A DNA stretch of 63,045 nucleotides, filler included, from Sphacelaria rigidula (lineage: Eukaryota), in assembly GCA_964200075.2 (NCBI GenBank). It is 10 parts of 10 records of this genome, joined end to end, with 100 filler letters (N's around TTAATTAATTAA, not from the genome) between each part and the next. Parts side by side here need not be neighbours in the genome. Positions count along the whole stretch, not along the records: positions 1 to 6,215 come from CAXNAA020021458.1; positions 6,316 to 12,530 come from CAXNAA020021459.1; positions 12,631 to 18,845 come from CAXNAA020021460.1; 7 more parts are not named here. One strand, 5' to 3'. Position numbers and translations under genes: made by a program. The notes under the pieces were generated by a model. It saw only the letters and a list, made by a program, of their open reading frames with translations. It did no database searches and had not been told where the DNA came from. How positions within the stretch are numbered: the stretch's first letter is position 1; the number at the start of each line of letters is the position of its first letter. Of the stretch, positions 1 through 12,789 are shown in pieces.

Positions 1-1378
1 ATGAAGGAGTGTGGCTATGATTCGACGTATGAGGAAGCGATTGTGTGGTGGATTACTAGCCCGAGATGTGGACTGTGGATCAGGCTGAAATGTGGCGCTG
101 TGAATCAACTGGAGTGTGGTCTATCATGTAATGTGTTTGAGGTACGTTGGCTAGTTGCATTTTCGGTCATGGGATTTTATGTTTTGTGGGCTTGGTGAGG
201 TTGATACGCAACCCACTTGCCCCACTCAACCTTACTCCACCATCTCCACCATCTCCGCCTTTCTCCACCTTGCTCCCCTCGACTTCAGCCTCTTGCTCCA
301 CTTTTCTACTCCTGCTTCCACCGTCGTCTTACGGGTTTCAGCAGTTAGTGAGTTTGTTGTATTGAGCTTTGTGTATTGATTTCCAGGGTGATTGAGCACA
401 TTTGGTGTCGAGCATATTTGTGTATTGGTTTTCTGGTGTTGAGCATTCAGCGCTGTGATAATATTTAATAAAAACAGTTGTGTGTACTTTTCTTCCAGTT
501 TGTTTTTGAATACGGACCTGCTGTGCTGGCCGTGACCAGCTGCACTGCAGAGTTTGTATCGTGGCACCCCAGCCACGAGGTACGAAAGTGCCCCTCTTCG
601 ACTTACGATCATGAGTACACCCCCCTCTGTCCAGAGCACCTCCTCTGAGAGGCATTCATTGTTCCATGAAGGGTATGCCGTTATAGATATGCCCGATTGC
701 AGGTATAAGCACAGGTATATACCTTGGGGAGGTGAGGATATAGGTTCAACCCAGATATAACCTCATGACCTGAACATGTACCTCCCATCGAACAACCCAC
801 CCAACTCCTTCATTCAAAACTGCACACCAACAAGAACTCAATACTGAAAAGTTTTTTAGTTTGGGATCTGATGGGATACGAGGTACCGCTGAGTGAAAAC
901 ACACAACATGAGCAGCACTGCAGACCATCAGGATGGACCACCCCCAGACTCGAGTGGCGGCTCGAGCGGGGGCGGTTCATCTGCGCCACCAGGAGATCAA
1001 GTAGCAAGACGCACGTCATCAACGTTGATGGTGGCTGTGTCGTGGTCATCAAAACCGCAGGCCGCTATCGACATGTATAGCACAGACTATGAGCTGCCAC
1101 CGGAAGTCGTCAAGGCTGTCAGCGATTTTGTCGCGTGTCGAAGGGCTTCCAGAGAACGGGCAGCTGTGAATGCTCCTTCGTGTACTCTCTGGTAGTGTAC
1201 GTGAAGCCGGTACTACCGTAGATGTTGACGATCCCATTTATATGTACTACTGCGATTGTTCCTATAGTCTCTCTCTATCAACCCCGTGAAGTCGTTCAGA
1301 AATTTCGTGAACTACTGTCATCTGTATTACGCCACTGTTGTAGTGCCGTAGGTCCCACCACAAGGGTGGTGATAGTAC

Positions 1379-1917
1379 CAAGGTCGTGTTCTGTAGGGTA
1401 TGGTTTTCTGTATACCCGGGTTATTTTGCCGGGTATTTACTGTACCCGACAGTTTGGTAAACTCTGTAACATTTCCATACCGGTACCCGATAGTTCTGTG
1501 AGTTCTGTAAGCCTCCCATACCATTGCCGGGGGGCACGGGTATGCTCTTGATAATATACCCGGTTGCGGGTACGGTTTTTTGTGCAACCTTCATACCCTA
1601 CTCGACAGTTTATGTGAGTTCTGTAAGCCTCCCGTACCCTTACCCGACAATTCTGTGAGTTCCGTACAAAACGTTTTCTCTAACCCGAGGGGGCGGGTAT
1701 GGCCTAAAAGAGTTACCCGATTGCCGGTACCGGTTTTCTGTAAGCCTCCCATACCGTACCCGACAAGTCCTGTAATGTCTGTGAGACTTTCATACCGGTA
1801 CCCGAAGGTTCTGTAAACTTTGTAACACTTTCAGACCGGTACCCGACAGTTCGGTAAGTTATATAAGGAATACCATACCCTCCAGAACGTACCCGTACCT
1901 TACAGAACACAACCTTG
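1379..1917. mobile_element. Non-autonomous TIR element (MITE/foldback-like) with internal degenerate repeats
   Basis: Left end CAAGGTCGTGTTCTGTAGGGTA matches the reverse complement of the right end TACCTTACAGAACACAACCTTG; interior built from many variants of CCGGTACCCGACAGTTCTGTAAG; no credible ORF. Confidence 0.7.
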
Positions 1918-2014
1918 AAATATTACGTTATCAGCATGCCATCACTTCACTACAGTATATGCGTTACCCTGTGTTGTACCTCAAGTCTACACTATTGTGT
2001 CGCATTTCGAGCTC

Positions 2015-2541
2015 TTCCCCTTCCGCTGGACGAGTCCGCGGTCTCGAGAAATCAACCCACCTCTCCACGGTACACGCCTGATTGCTGCCGAGATAGCCCC
2101 CCCCCGAACCGGCCAAAAACGTGCACGGCGGCGATGATCATAAATGCCGTTAGAGCTGATTTCGTGCTGTACGACGCGACTCATTTGGGCGTTATAGCTG
2201 ATCTCGGACTGCTGCACGCCTCTCATGGGGGCGAAATTGCTGCAAACGAGCCCAATAGTGGGATCGCAGCCGGCTTGTCGGACGATCCCTGGTGCACTTT
2301 TTGTGGGGGGGCTATCTCGGCATTGGTCGCCTTGCATGTTGATCTCGCGTATTGGATCAGCACTCCCGCACCGCGTCAACTCACGTCAAACAAACTTGGT
2401 CAATGGCCTCTTGTTCACTCAAATACTCACTTTATCGACGGTGGAAACCAGATATTTAGAAGACGACTAACGCATCAGGATTCAAGCCCTCGTTATCTCC
2501 ACCCTGACGCTGACAACACCACTAAACCGCCACGGCGCGGT
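2015..2541 (-). mobile_element. tRNA-derived SINE family B copy, interrupted by a MITE
   Basis: Reverse complement aligns by eye with 52766-53045 (e.g. CAGCACTCCCGCACCGCGTCAACTCACGTC) once 2080-2328 is removed; degenerate tRNA-like head at about 2470-2541. Confidence 0.7.
2080..2328. mobile_element. MITE (TIR core TGCCGAGATAGCCCCCC) with 4-bp TSD GCCT
   Basis: TGCCGAGATAGCCCCCC ... GGGGGGGCTATCTCGGCA; GCCT at 2076-2079 and 2329-2332; related copy at about 59100-59345. Confidence 0.7.
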
Positions 2542-2694
2542 AATCCTGGTTTTCCATTCGGAACGATATTGGGGACCCACACACTGCACGTGAGGGTCAG
2601 AAAAATTCCAACAAGCCAATTCAGAACTGCCCCGTCCTCGTTCTCCTACGAAAAATCCTCCTCCTCCTCTGTGTCACTCTCGTGGTGGAGAGGC

Positions 2695-2893
2695 GTGTAA
2701 TGCGGGAGAGGACCGCGTGCTTAGAGGACCGCATCGAAATTTGAACATCCCCATGGTTAGGGTTACGGTTAGGGTTAGTGTTGGAGTTATGGTCAGGGGC
2801 GTGGTACCTGCAGGAACTGGCCCAATTGGTTTTGAAAAACATCGATCCTGAGGTGTTTTGAACTACGGCGCGGTCCTCCAAGCACGCGGTCCT
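2695..2893. mobile_element. MITE with internal telomere-like TTAGGG repeats, right TIR truncated
   Basis: TIR TGTAATGCGGGAGAGGACCGCGTGCTTAGAGGACCGC; internal GGTTAGGGTTACGGTTAGGGTTAG; inverted homolog of 51598-51814. Confidence 0.75.
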
Positions 2894-5800
2894 TGTTCAT
2901 GTGAAGAGGTACAGTGAGTGAACATGCACATGTGCGGATAGATTAATGCGGACGTGCGGGTACTGGTAGTCGAGTGTGTGTGACTACAGTACCCTGCTCA
3001 TGGCAGCTACCACGCTGCCTTCTGAGCTCACTCAACATCTGATCCCTCAGTCATAGGGTCGACTCAGTCTAGGCACTCTCCAGTAATTCAAAAGATAAAA
3101 CTATCTATCTTTCGTCACGGGCCACAGAATACACTGGTGTTACAACCGGTTGGGTAGAATGGCAGAACAGGGTGATAGGCCTGCTACATTTATGGGTGAG
3201 CAGGGTGTTACAGAGCAGTTACAGGAAGTATGTAGTCAGATCAGTTCCTTGGCTCAGCTCATGCGTGATATGCAGCCAAGCCAAGCTACCTTACAGAGTA
3301 ACATAGACAATATGAGGGCAGAAAGAGAGGCCGGGGGCGCAGAAAACAACGGCGTCCTCGATAGTGAAGGTTCCCATAGTCAACAGGGGGAATTCAACAT
3401 AAATAAAACAGCGGATCGACATGGTGCTGGAGCTCGAAGGGAGCGACGGTACATCGGAAGTCAAGTTGTTCCAGAGGACGGAGCGCGCGACGCAATGGAC
3501 AACGAGGCCACCAGTGACGAAGCTAGGGGCTTTGCCCCCGCAGTCAATTCAAATAAACGATACAAGTGGAAATATGTCAGGGGTTCCCGCTTTTCGACAG
3601 AACGTCCCAAAAATTTCAGGGAAGAGCGCTGATTATGCTCGGTACAGGCAAAACTTCGCAAGGGGCGAAGGAATTGGCTGGGTGTTCACCATGGCCGGCG
3701 ATAGTTCTTACGATGTAGCGTCGGTAATCCTGAAATAGAAATGGGGTATTTGGATAGAAGACATGGGAAGGACACAGTGGCAGCCAACGTAAGGGCCAGA
3801 CGAATGCTTGTAGCTAGTTTAGAAGGAAGGAGAGAGCAGAGATATTGTGTTTAGAATCCACTCACCTGCTGTGGGTTGGAGAAAACTCGAGGATGTCTTT
3901 CGCCCCAAAACAAATGGGGCGAGAACCGCTTTGTTGGAAAAGTTCGATGGAGTCAAGATTGGTGTCCGTGATGATCCAGGGCAAAAGCTGCTCGAGATGG
4001 AGGAAATTGCACGTAACCTGAATACATACGAGGAGCACGAACGACTAAGCAAAACCCATATTCTATTGATATTCCTCAACGCGTTGCCCTTCGAGTATCA
4101 CCTTCAGAAGCAGTTGCTGGAGGATCGAGAGGGGCCGCTGACGCGGGAGGTTGTGTTGACTTTGATCCGGAAACGCTTCGAATCAATATCGTTAAAACAG
4201 GAACTTGCCCGGGGAAAGAAGTCATCCCCGGGCGACCAGGCTCTCCTTGCCAGGGGTGGGACCGGAAAACCGAGCGGTGCGCACCGCAAGGGAAAACCGG
4301 GAAAACCCCAAGGCTCTGGTCAGAAAAACGGCGGGGGGCAGAGTTCAAGTAGCTCTGAGTCGGCATCGTCGGATAGCAAATCGCCGACTGGGCAGCTGCT
4401 CCGCTGCCACGTTTGCGACGAGAACACGACGCATCGAGCCAGGAACGGTCCGAAGAGATACTGCGGGAGGTGCGGTCAGGAGGGTCACACGTTCTGGGAC
4501 TGTCCGAGATCGACAGCGAAGAAAGAAGACGCGGTGATGGCGATGGGCACGGCCGACGACAGCGACAGCTCCTCCGTCTGTTCGGTGGCGGATGGGGAGG
4601 CTTTCACCTCTGTTGACACCACCATCAACGACGACACAGGCGAGTATGCATTGAGTGTTGAGCGGGGGGGTGATAGACAGCAGGGTGAGGGCGAACCGTG
4701 GGTATTTGACACGGGGGCTACCCAGTATTTCTCCCACCATTCCCATGGGATGACGGAGTACAAAGAATTCAAGGGTAGGGTACTACGGTGCGCGGGAGGT
4801 AGTACTTACCCGATCGCAGGCAGAGGAAATTTGTCTCTAGCCTTCAGATCTGATGGACAGAAATGTAATCCTAAAACTAGTGGATGTTGATCATGTACCT
4901 GGTGTCCGTCATCACCTCTTGTCACTCACGAGGGTCCAACACGTGGGACACACCTAGACTGGTTTTCGTACATGTTTCAGGGTAGATCTCAATTCAGGCA
5001 ATACACTGATAATAGCCGGACAACCACGTCAACTCAGAATGTACGCCCGCCGCCTCGATCAAAGTGGTAGTGACAGGTGTGCTTCGGCGTATGCTGTTAT
5101 TACCCCGGGGGCTCCGCCTAGCCCCCAGACCGCTGACATCAACGAGTTCCACTGTTCCCACGCTCACCTCCACGAGGATTTACTGAGGAAGGCGGCGAAG
5201 CAGCAGGGAAAGCAGCTGGCTGGGGAGCTGCAACTCAGAGGCGAAGGGACTGCGGGCACCGATTCCAAAATCGACGCACACGAGAGCAGCTAAGTCAGCG
5301 TCTAGGGTGTTTGTAGATCTTTCCGGGCCGAAACCAGTCAAGTCTTACGAGGGAAAGTCGTACACGATGATAGTCCGAGATGATCACTCACGGCACACAA
5401 AGTTGTATTTCCTCCGTAAGAAGGATGAGGCAGAGAGATAATTCACGAAATACATTGCATGGGTCTCTCCGAGAAACGTTGAGATAGTCCGGAGCGATGA
5501 CGGGGGTGAATTTTCGGAGGGTGCATTTGGTGAACTGTGCGACAGGGAAAAGATCAAGCAGGATAAGACAACTGCCGACTCACCCCAGTTCAACGGTGTT
5601 GCAGAGCGAGCGTTAGGTATCATCGAAACAGCAGGCCTTGCGGCCAAAATCCAAGCATCTGAGCTGTAACCCGATGAGCGCATCCCAAATGGTGACAGCC
5701 TGTGGGCTGAGCAGGCAAACTGGGCGTGTCACGCCCTGAACTGCACCGCTACCTCGGCTGACCCGCACCACAAATCACCGCATGAGATGTGGTATGGATC

Positions 5801-6215
5801 ACCACCGGAAGGTTATCTCATTCCGTTCTTGAAGCCTGGTTTTTGTAGGAGGAAGCGGTCGAATAAATTACAGCCGAAGGCCGAAAAATGCTGGTACTTG
5901 AGCCCAGCCCCAGGCTACCCACGTGACGCGATACGAGTTCTGACTGTACGAGGAACTATCTCCGTGACAAGACATGTAACATGGGCACGTACGTCCGCCG
6001 CCCTCCCCCGCACACTACAGCAAGCGATCCAGACGCCTGGCGAGCTGAAGGATTCCAGCGTCGAGGCCAGGATGTGGGTGGAGACTTGACGGAAAGCTCG
6101 GCAGGGGACACTTCGCCCAGCGGTTCCCCAAGCGCGCCGTCCTCCCCGCCGAGTTGCGTTGGTAGGAGGGGCGGAGCAGCACCGCAGATCCCCGTCAGTA
6201 GTGGAGGGGGCGAAG
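2894..6215 (+). mobile_element. Degenerate Ty1/Copia LTR retrotransposon, 5' part (LTR, gag, protease, integrase), cut by contig end
   Basis: Begins TGTT; gag 3847-4890 with zinc knuckle CGRCGQEGHTFWDC; protease WVFDTGAT; GAG-pre-integrase HCSHAHL; integrase core VFVDLSGP...RSDDGGEF...QFNGVAER (about 5310-5610); protease-then-integrase order is Copia; stops and frameshifts present. Confidence 0.92.
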
Positions 6216-6315
6216 NNNNNNNNNNNNNNNNNNNNNNNNNNNNNNNNNNNNNNNNNNNNTTAATTAATTAANNNNNNNNNNNNNNNNNNNNNNNNNNNNN
6301 NNNNNNNNNNNNNNN
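6216..6315. other. Artificial contig-join spacer (also 12531-12630, 18846-18945, 25161-25260, 31476-31575, 37790-37889, 44104-44203, 50418-50517, 56732-56831)
   Basis: N44-TTAATTAATTAA-N44 (stop codons in all six frames) recurring every 6314-6315 bp. Confidence 0.97.
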
Positions 6316-9300
6316 TGATGAATGTCTGTGGACTACCGCTGTCTAACAACGAGACGCACTTGGCGCGCGCGGTGGCGTAAGGGCCGCAGTGTAATGCTAC
6401 GCGGGTAGTGAAGGTGGCAGGATCAACGGACACCTTACCACCAACGAGGTCAGGGCTATGTTCAGATAACGTGAATTGGTCAGGATTAGTCGGACTGACC
6501 GTGAAAACGGATGGCGGGTGATCCGCGGGGCGTTCGAAGGTATCGGTAGACAGCGCGGGGGTCTGATCCGATCGTGAAGGGCAGCGTGAATCAGAATTTT
6601 GATCAATCTCGTAGATGACTGGCTTGGAAGTGCAAGGGTCATCATTGAATAGAGATTGCTGCGAAGTGCTACTGGGGTCATCGGTGGAGGATGAGGTACC
6701 GTCGGAAAGGTCCGATTTAGATTCCTCTTGGATGCCTGGCAATGTCATCGAGCGCAAAGTCGCCGCTTTTTGGGGAGAATGAGGTCGGGGTTTTCCGCTG
6801 ACGGGAGGGGAGCGTGTCAATGCTCGCGCTTCCTTGGGGGCATGACGACGAGGCTTCCTCTCGTGACGTGACAAGTTGCTGGGATCTTCCAAGACTTCTT
6901 GGGAAGCTGCATCATCGTTGTCAGCATCGGGGCATGCTCGGCCGAAACTTGTGGGCTGTCCGGTGGCAAGCTCGGTACGAAGGGCACTGCTAAATGTGAA
7001 AGGGGACGAGTGTTGTTCACAGGATCTCGGAGTAATTTCGCGGAAGAAGAGTGGCGCGAAAAACGACTACGATCAGGCTGGGTAGGAGTCGAAGGGTTTG
7101 AAGTGGTCAGTTTCGAACCATCAACATCGGAACCAGTTGAAGGAAGTCTGCTACAACCGGTGCGTGCAGTCGTTGAGGGAAGCCTGTGCCTCAAGGGTCC
7201 GCGGTCGGTCTTCCCACTCCTCAGATGTATACTTAGTTCCGGAGGACCAATTTTGGAGCCAAGCATAGAGCTGGGTTGTGAGTCAACACAACGGTTACGT
7301 GGTGTGTGTGAAGATAAAGATGGGGGTCGAGAAAAACGGCCGTCATCAGATCTCCTACATAGTGTTGGGTGAAAATGTTTCGTCACCCAAGTGTGTGTTG
7401 GATGAGTCTTCGATGTTGCTATCGGCGGCGCCAAAGACTTCACGCCGTCGTCGGCGTGTCATGGATGGTTGCGATCTGTCATGAAAGAACCACAGTTTCT
7501 GGCATTGGGGTTAGAGTTGTCGTGAGTCGGCCCCGTTCGCTGGTGATGACCATGCGAAGACTGAGAAGGGCGGAAAAAACTATCTTTATGGCGAGTACAT
7601 GAGACGGTGTTGGTGGTGTGGCGGCGGTCGCGATTTTAGCGAGAGTCGCTATGATTGTGGTGAGGCTGGCGATGATGGCGAGAAGGTGGACAATACTCGC
7701 GCATGCGTTTTTTTCCATCGGCGCCACGCCTGACTGTTGCTCTGAAGTTCAGGGTTCATGAGCGAAAAAATATTGATGCAGGGTTAAGGGCAGTCACGCA
7801 TACTGTAGCCAGTACCATTGCAGTTGATGCATGTGTTAGCATGGCGACGAAAAGCACCCTTGCGAGCCGGAAGCCACAAATGTGGGTCATCGGTGATGAA
7901 AGCGGTTGTGGAAACGACATAAACGTCATCGAAAGTGTCTGCCGAAAAAAGCCAAGCGTCGAAGTTTGCACGGACAGGGTCTTTTTTGCTACCAACAGAC
8001 ATGACCGATCCACCGACAGAGTTGGGTGTCCAAGTATGACTGGACAAAATCTGAGTGCGTCCACGAGACCCGGAGGTACTCGTGGATGCGGCACGCAGGG
8101 TCTGCGAAGATTCAGAAGAACACTGTGTGCCACAGATGGCAGGCGTCAAATTATGTTCTTGATCTACGAACGCAGTCCACATCGCGTCTATGGAGGCGTA
8201 AGGCACCCCTTTGTGCGTCAAAGCGCCCGGAAACAAAGACGGCATCAGCGTCGGAAATTGCTGAGCGATACTATTGCGAACGTATGTTTGACACGTAGCA
8301 TCACTAGGGCCATTCTGTCGCCCGGTACCAGTCACACTTGACACCAAAAGCTTGAATTCGCGGAGGTAGTCAGCAAAGGGTACGTCTGTTGCCACGGTGA
8401 AGGAACTGAGAGGCGCTTGATGGCGCCTGCCTGATCAGACTCATCAAAATAACCTCTGAAACATCTTCCAAATTGCTGAATAATAGCGGCGCTGTTTGTC
8501 CGCCGGCACAATCTTGATCCCTTGCGGCGAAGAAGGAGTCGATAATCTGCGTCAAAGAGGCAACAACGTCAGGGGAGCGACGGCTGATTGAGCGGTGCAA
8601 AGCCTTATACAGCGGTGTTTGCCATCCATCAGCCCAGTCAGAGTCTTCGAACCGTTGTTGACCAGTTGCATTGGCCAACCCAAGGATGTTGCGCATCGTT
8701 CGACGCATTGAGGAAATGAGAGCTGACGTAAACCGACCAGAGTCTTCATTGTCTGCAGCAGGCATGGTTTTGATATGCCAGAGTTTCTTTACATCCATCT
8801 GTAAGTATCCTCGCTTTATGGCAGCAACACGAGACGCTTCTCTACGAGTATCGGAAGCCATTTTATCCGCGGCAGCTAGTGACCGAGCCGATTTGGAAGA
8901 CAATGGGCGAGCCGAATTGTCACTATCACTATCCGTGCAACCAAAAAGGCGAGCAGACGCAGCTGCTAAAGGAGGCGTCACTTGCCTGACGGCCGGTCAG
9001 GGCCGCATGGATCGCGTCGAGGTGTATTGACGATGTCTAGTAGTCGACGAACTGGAAGACTGATGACCAGACCGCTTGTGGCTGCCCCTGGTTGTACGAC
9101 GACCGTTGTTGGTGTTGCGGGGGCCCCCGTGACCACGGCGTGGTGCGGCGCCGGGTTGGTCGTCGTCAGCGTCGTCATCACCACGACGGTGGCGAGGGGG
9201 GTGGGGTGTGATCCAGGCCCCATCATCGTCGGGTGGCAGCCTGTTGTGGGCTGCCCGCATAGCGGCGAAGAGGGCGACGACGGCGGTCTCAGAGCATGGT

Positions 9301-12300
9301 GACTGTCCCCGGTACCAACCGTTAGATAGAGCACGATTCGTTCGAGGGTGAGAGCTCCCGGTTCGTTGCGCGGGAGTTGTCCTCCTTGCTGAAGGAAGGG
9401 GACGATCACACTATTGACGGGCAGAGTTAGTGAGCGCCAAGCCTGCTCAGAGGCGCTGAGAACGTTGTTGCGGTTATACTTCCCTGAAAGTTGGCGTAGC
9501 GTCCAAGGAAGCCACCAGCGTTCGCTGCCCTGAAGGTGCAGCCCAGGTGTGGGGGTAGGGGGCGCCGAAGCCCGAGGGACCTGCGGGGTGCGCGTAGACG
9601 AGGCCGTAGAAGCGGCAGCGGCAGATGGGCGCGAGGGCCGACGGTTCTCCGCAGAGCCTGGATGTGCAGGGGTAAGCGCGGGCGCTGACACGGTCGGCGT
9701 GGTTCTCAGAAGAGGAAGGTGTCTCTCCTGTTCCAAGGATCGGAGGGCCGAGGTGGCGGTGGCCGTGGCCGCGGTGTATTGGCGGAGGCGATCTTGATCA
9801 CGGTGAATGGTGTCGCGCATCTTTTCAAAGGCAGCGAGACGCTCGTTCAGGGTCTCCCGGGCCGCCTGTTGGCGGCTGGTCGCCGAGTCAACGGCCTCAC
9901 GTTGGCGCGTTAGGCGTGCTGAGAGATCGTCAAGAATATGACGATTGGCACCGCCGTCTGGCGGGGTGAAGGTGGTGCAGAGCGCGTGTCCTGTTGCATA
10001 GCTTCGTAGTCCGCTAAAATGTGCTCCTGATCGGAACGGGGACCACGCAACCAGAGTCGGGGTAGGAGACCCGGCGGGCGTTGCTCGACGCCTAACAGGG
10101 GGCGGTCGTCCGTAGGAGACGTGGGTGCAGGCGCCGGAGCCGGACCAGTGGCAGCAGTATCCTGCGGGGAAGTGTCATATTCTGCAGGGGTGGCCGTCAC
10201 AGGGGCGTCAACCGTAGCTGCCGTGTCGGCAGCTGCAGTTGCTGCCGCGCTGGGGGCGGAGGGCGTGACGCGGACACTCTCGGCGTCCGTATCGACATCC
10301 GCGGCAGCAGTATGGGAGGCAGCCGCGGCAGGAGTGGTGGTCGAAGGAGCAGGGGCATTGGCAATAGTTGCAGCTGAGCGTAGGTATCGGCGAAGATCTG
10401 CAATTTGTCGTTCGACAGCACGCACGGTGGCAGCATCAGGATGGGGCGGAAGGGTACGGTGAGTGCTGCGTCCGCTGCGCAAAGGTGCGTGAATATTAGT
10501 CAATGAAGCACCAACGGGCGGTCGTGAGCTCACATGGGTCCGATCGACAGATTTAGGCCGTGATGATCCCGTGGTTGAAGATAGTCCCGATACGAGAGCA
10601 CGCACATCATGGACATGAGTAGTGGTATCACCATGGTGAACAATGTCGTCATTATCCAAATCGAAATCAGAAGGAACATCTGAGGTTGAACGTTCGTCAT
10701 CATGGGCTGCAGCCGCTGGTACAGATGCCTGATGATTCACATTACTGTCAAAGTGAACATGACCTGAGGATGTTGAATGTTCAACGGCTGTGTGAAACGC
10801 GGCCGCGAGCGCTTGTGAAAGGGCAGTTGTCCCTGGACCGTTAGAAGTAACAGCCGGTGATGAACGAAGCAAGTGCTCGAGAGCCGTTACTAAAGGCAAG
10901 TGCCCTGTGGAAAGCCCTTCGGAGCGGCCAAGACGCGAGGAGGATGTTCGGCGCGGGGGCTGGTGAACAGAAGTATCCTCACGATACATGTCGTATCGTC
11001 GGGGGCGCTATAAGGCATCGTAACCCTTGTGCGACGTACCGAAAACGTCGGAAGGCATGGACGGATGCCGTTCATCAACACCGCGAGCGCGGGGTGAGTC
11101 AATAACCGCGGTAGAAGCCTGAAGCGGTTTGCGTCTCACAACAGTGGCAGCGCGTGGCGACTGGTTAGACATGTTGGGCCCCCGAGACAGAGCACGTTGA
11201 ACAACAGAGCGAGCGCGTAGCGACTCGTCAATCATGTTGGAAGTCTTGAACAGTGAACGGTCCGCGACAGAGCGAGCGCGTAGCGACTCGTCGATTATGT
11301 CGGGAGTCATGGGCGGTGTGCGTTTCGCAACAGAGCGAGTGCGGAGTGGCTCGTCGATCATGTTGGAAGTCTTGCACAAGTGGCGGTCGTGGTCACCAGT
11401 AGCAGCTAAGTCTTGAGACGTGCAGTCGCCAGAGTGGAAGGCCGAAGCTCTGTGGGATTTCACTTCTTCGTGTACAGGGGAAGTAAGAGTAAAGGGTATC
11501 GAAGGAATTGATGAAAGCAAACGCTGACGGCGTAAAGATTTGTAAGTAGGCAGGGCCGAGGGGAGAATTATTTTCTGCGGTTGCGCCATATAAAGTTGAA
11601 GAGGTAGAAATGGAGGCTAGACACCAGAGTGCAAAAGTTCTGGTAAAATAATAGCAGGTGGTGTAGACTCGGCAGGAGATTATAAGGACCGAGAAAAACT
11701 TAAGCAATAAAGACTACATAATTTTATAAGCGAAGGTACACCAAACTAGAGTAGTCTGCTGTGATCATAACAATCAGCTTAATGTCGGCAATTCCAAGTA
11801 CCGAAAAGGCAGACAGCAGAGCAAAAAGGTGGAGATTATTAAACACCGAAAAATGAGGATCTGCGGCGGAAATGAGACACCTGTAGGGGAAACTGTGTAT
11901 GGAGGAGTAGGGGGGGCGCACTGAAGGTGTACCAAAGGTGTAAATAGTCGCCAAGGAACAAACTTACAGATAAACCCAACAGTTGTTGCACGAGAGATTT
12001 GGTGCAAGAGCAAAACCTAACAATGAGGCGATTGTGAAGGATGACAGACACCCGGACAGATGTCCGACGGGCGCACTGTGCACGTCAAATATAACAGGGG
12101 CTCTTAGTGGCCAGGAACACGCTGGACAAGGGTTTTCTAGTGGTGCAAGTAGAATACCGCGCACAGAAGGTTTAGTAAAACACCACTCGAGACCGCGGAA
12201 GTAGACACCAATACTAGTGTAGAACACGTTGCTCAAAGGGAGGCGATGTGCGAATATCTGTGAAATTCAATACAAGAAGAGAAAAAAAATTGCGGCAGCG

Positions 12301-12530
12301 AGGGTGCGAAACAGTGAACTCACGTGCAGGAGTCCAAGAGAACACAGCTGTAACAGCCGACTGAAACACTACTTGTTGGTGCAGATCAGGCGCCAAGCTG
12401 AAAATGCTACAGGGGGATACGAAATTGCGTACAAGGAATAAGGAAATCGTAAAGCGATCCAGGTAGTGGAGTCATCCTACGATAGGGAGGGGGGTATTTT
12501 GGGCCATTTGTTGCTCGAAAATTCGAGTCA
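6316..12530 (-). mobile_element. Degenerate large LTR retrotransposon (probably Ty3/Gypsy-like): long 5' ORF, gag, protease
   Basis: Chain of frameshifted minus-strand ORFs from 11589 to 6316; gag-like YLREFKLLVSSV and degenerate knuckle CINCNGTGYSMRDC (7784-8395); aspartic protease motif LLDSGSPQTFI at about 6316-6350; RT not reached before contig end. Confidence 0.75.
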
Positions 12531-12789
12531 NNNNNNNNNNNNNNNNNNNNNNNNNNNNNNNNNNNNNNNNNNNNTTAATTAATTAANNNNNNNNNNNNNN
12601 NNNNNNNNNNNNNNNNNNNNNNNNNNNNNNCCCCCCCTGGAACTCCCCCCGGGGGTGGTTGGGGCCGTTTTCAACCCTCCCCCCTCCTTTTTTTTGGTGG
12701 CCCCCCGCCCCCCCCCCCCCCCCCCCCCCTCCCCCTCCCCTTCCCCTTAGGAGTAGAAACGGGGCTCCGTCTCGAAAGGAATGCGTGGT

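Noticed and set aside
893..1195. 100-aa ORF as a gene
   Set aside because: Low-complexity, no recognisable domain or splice support.
2976..2991. 16-mer GTGTGTGACTACAGTA shared with the second Copia (55387-55402, minus strand)
   Set aside because: Different positions relative to LTR/PBS, and the ACTACAGTA core recurs elsewhere (about 1949 and 36533); probably a common motif.
6260..6271. Repeated TTAATTAATTAA as a biological motif
   Set aside because: Always centred in N runs; synthetic spacer.
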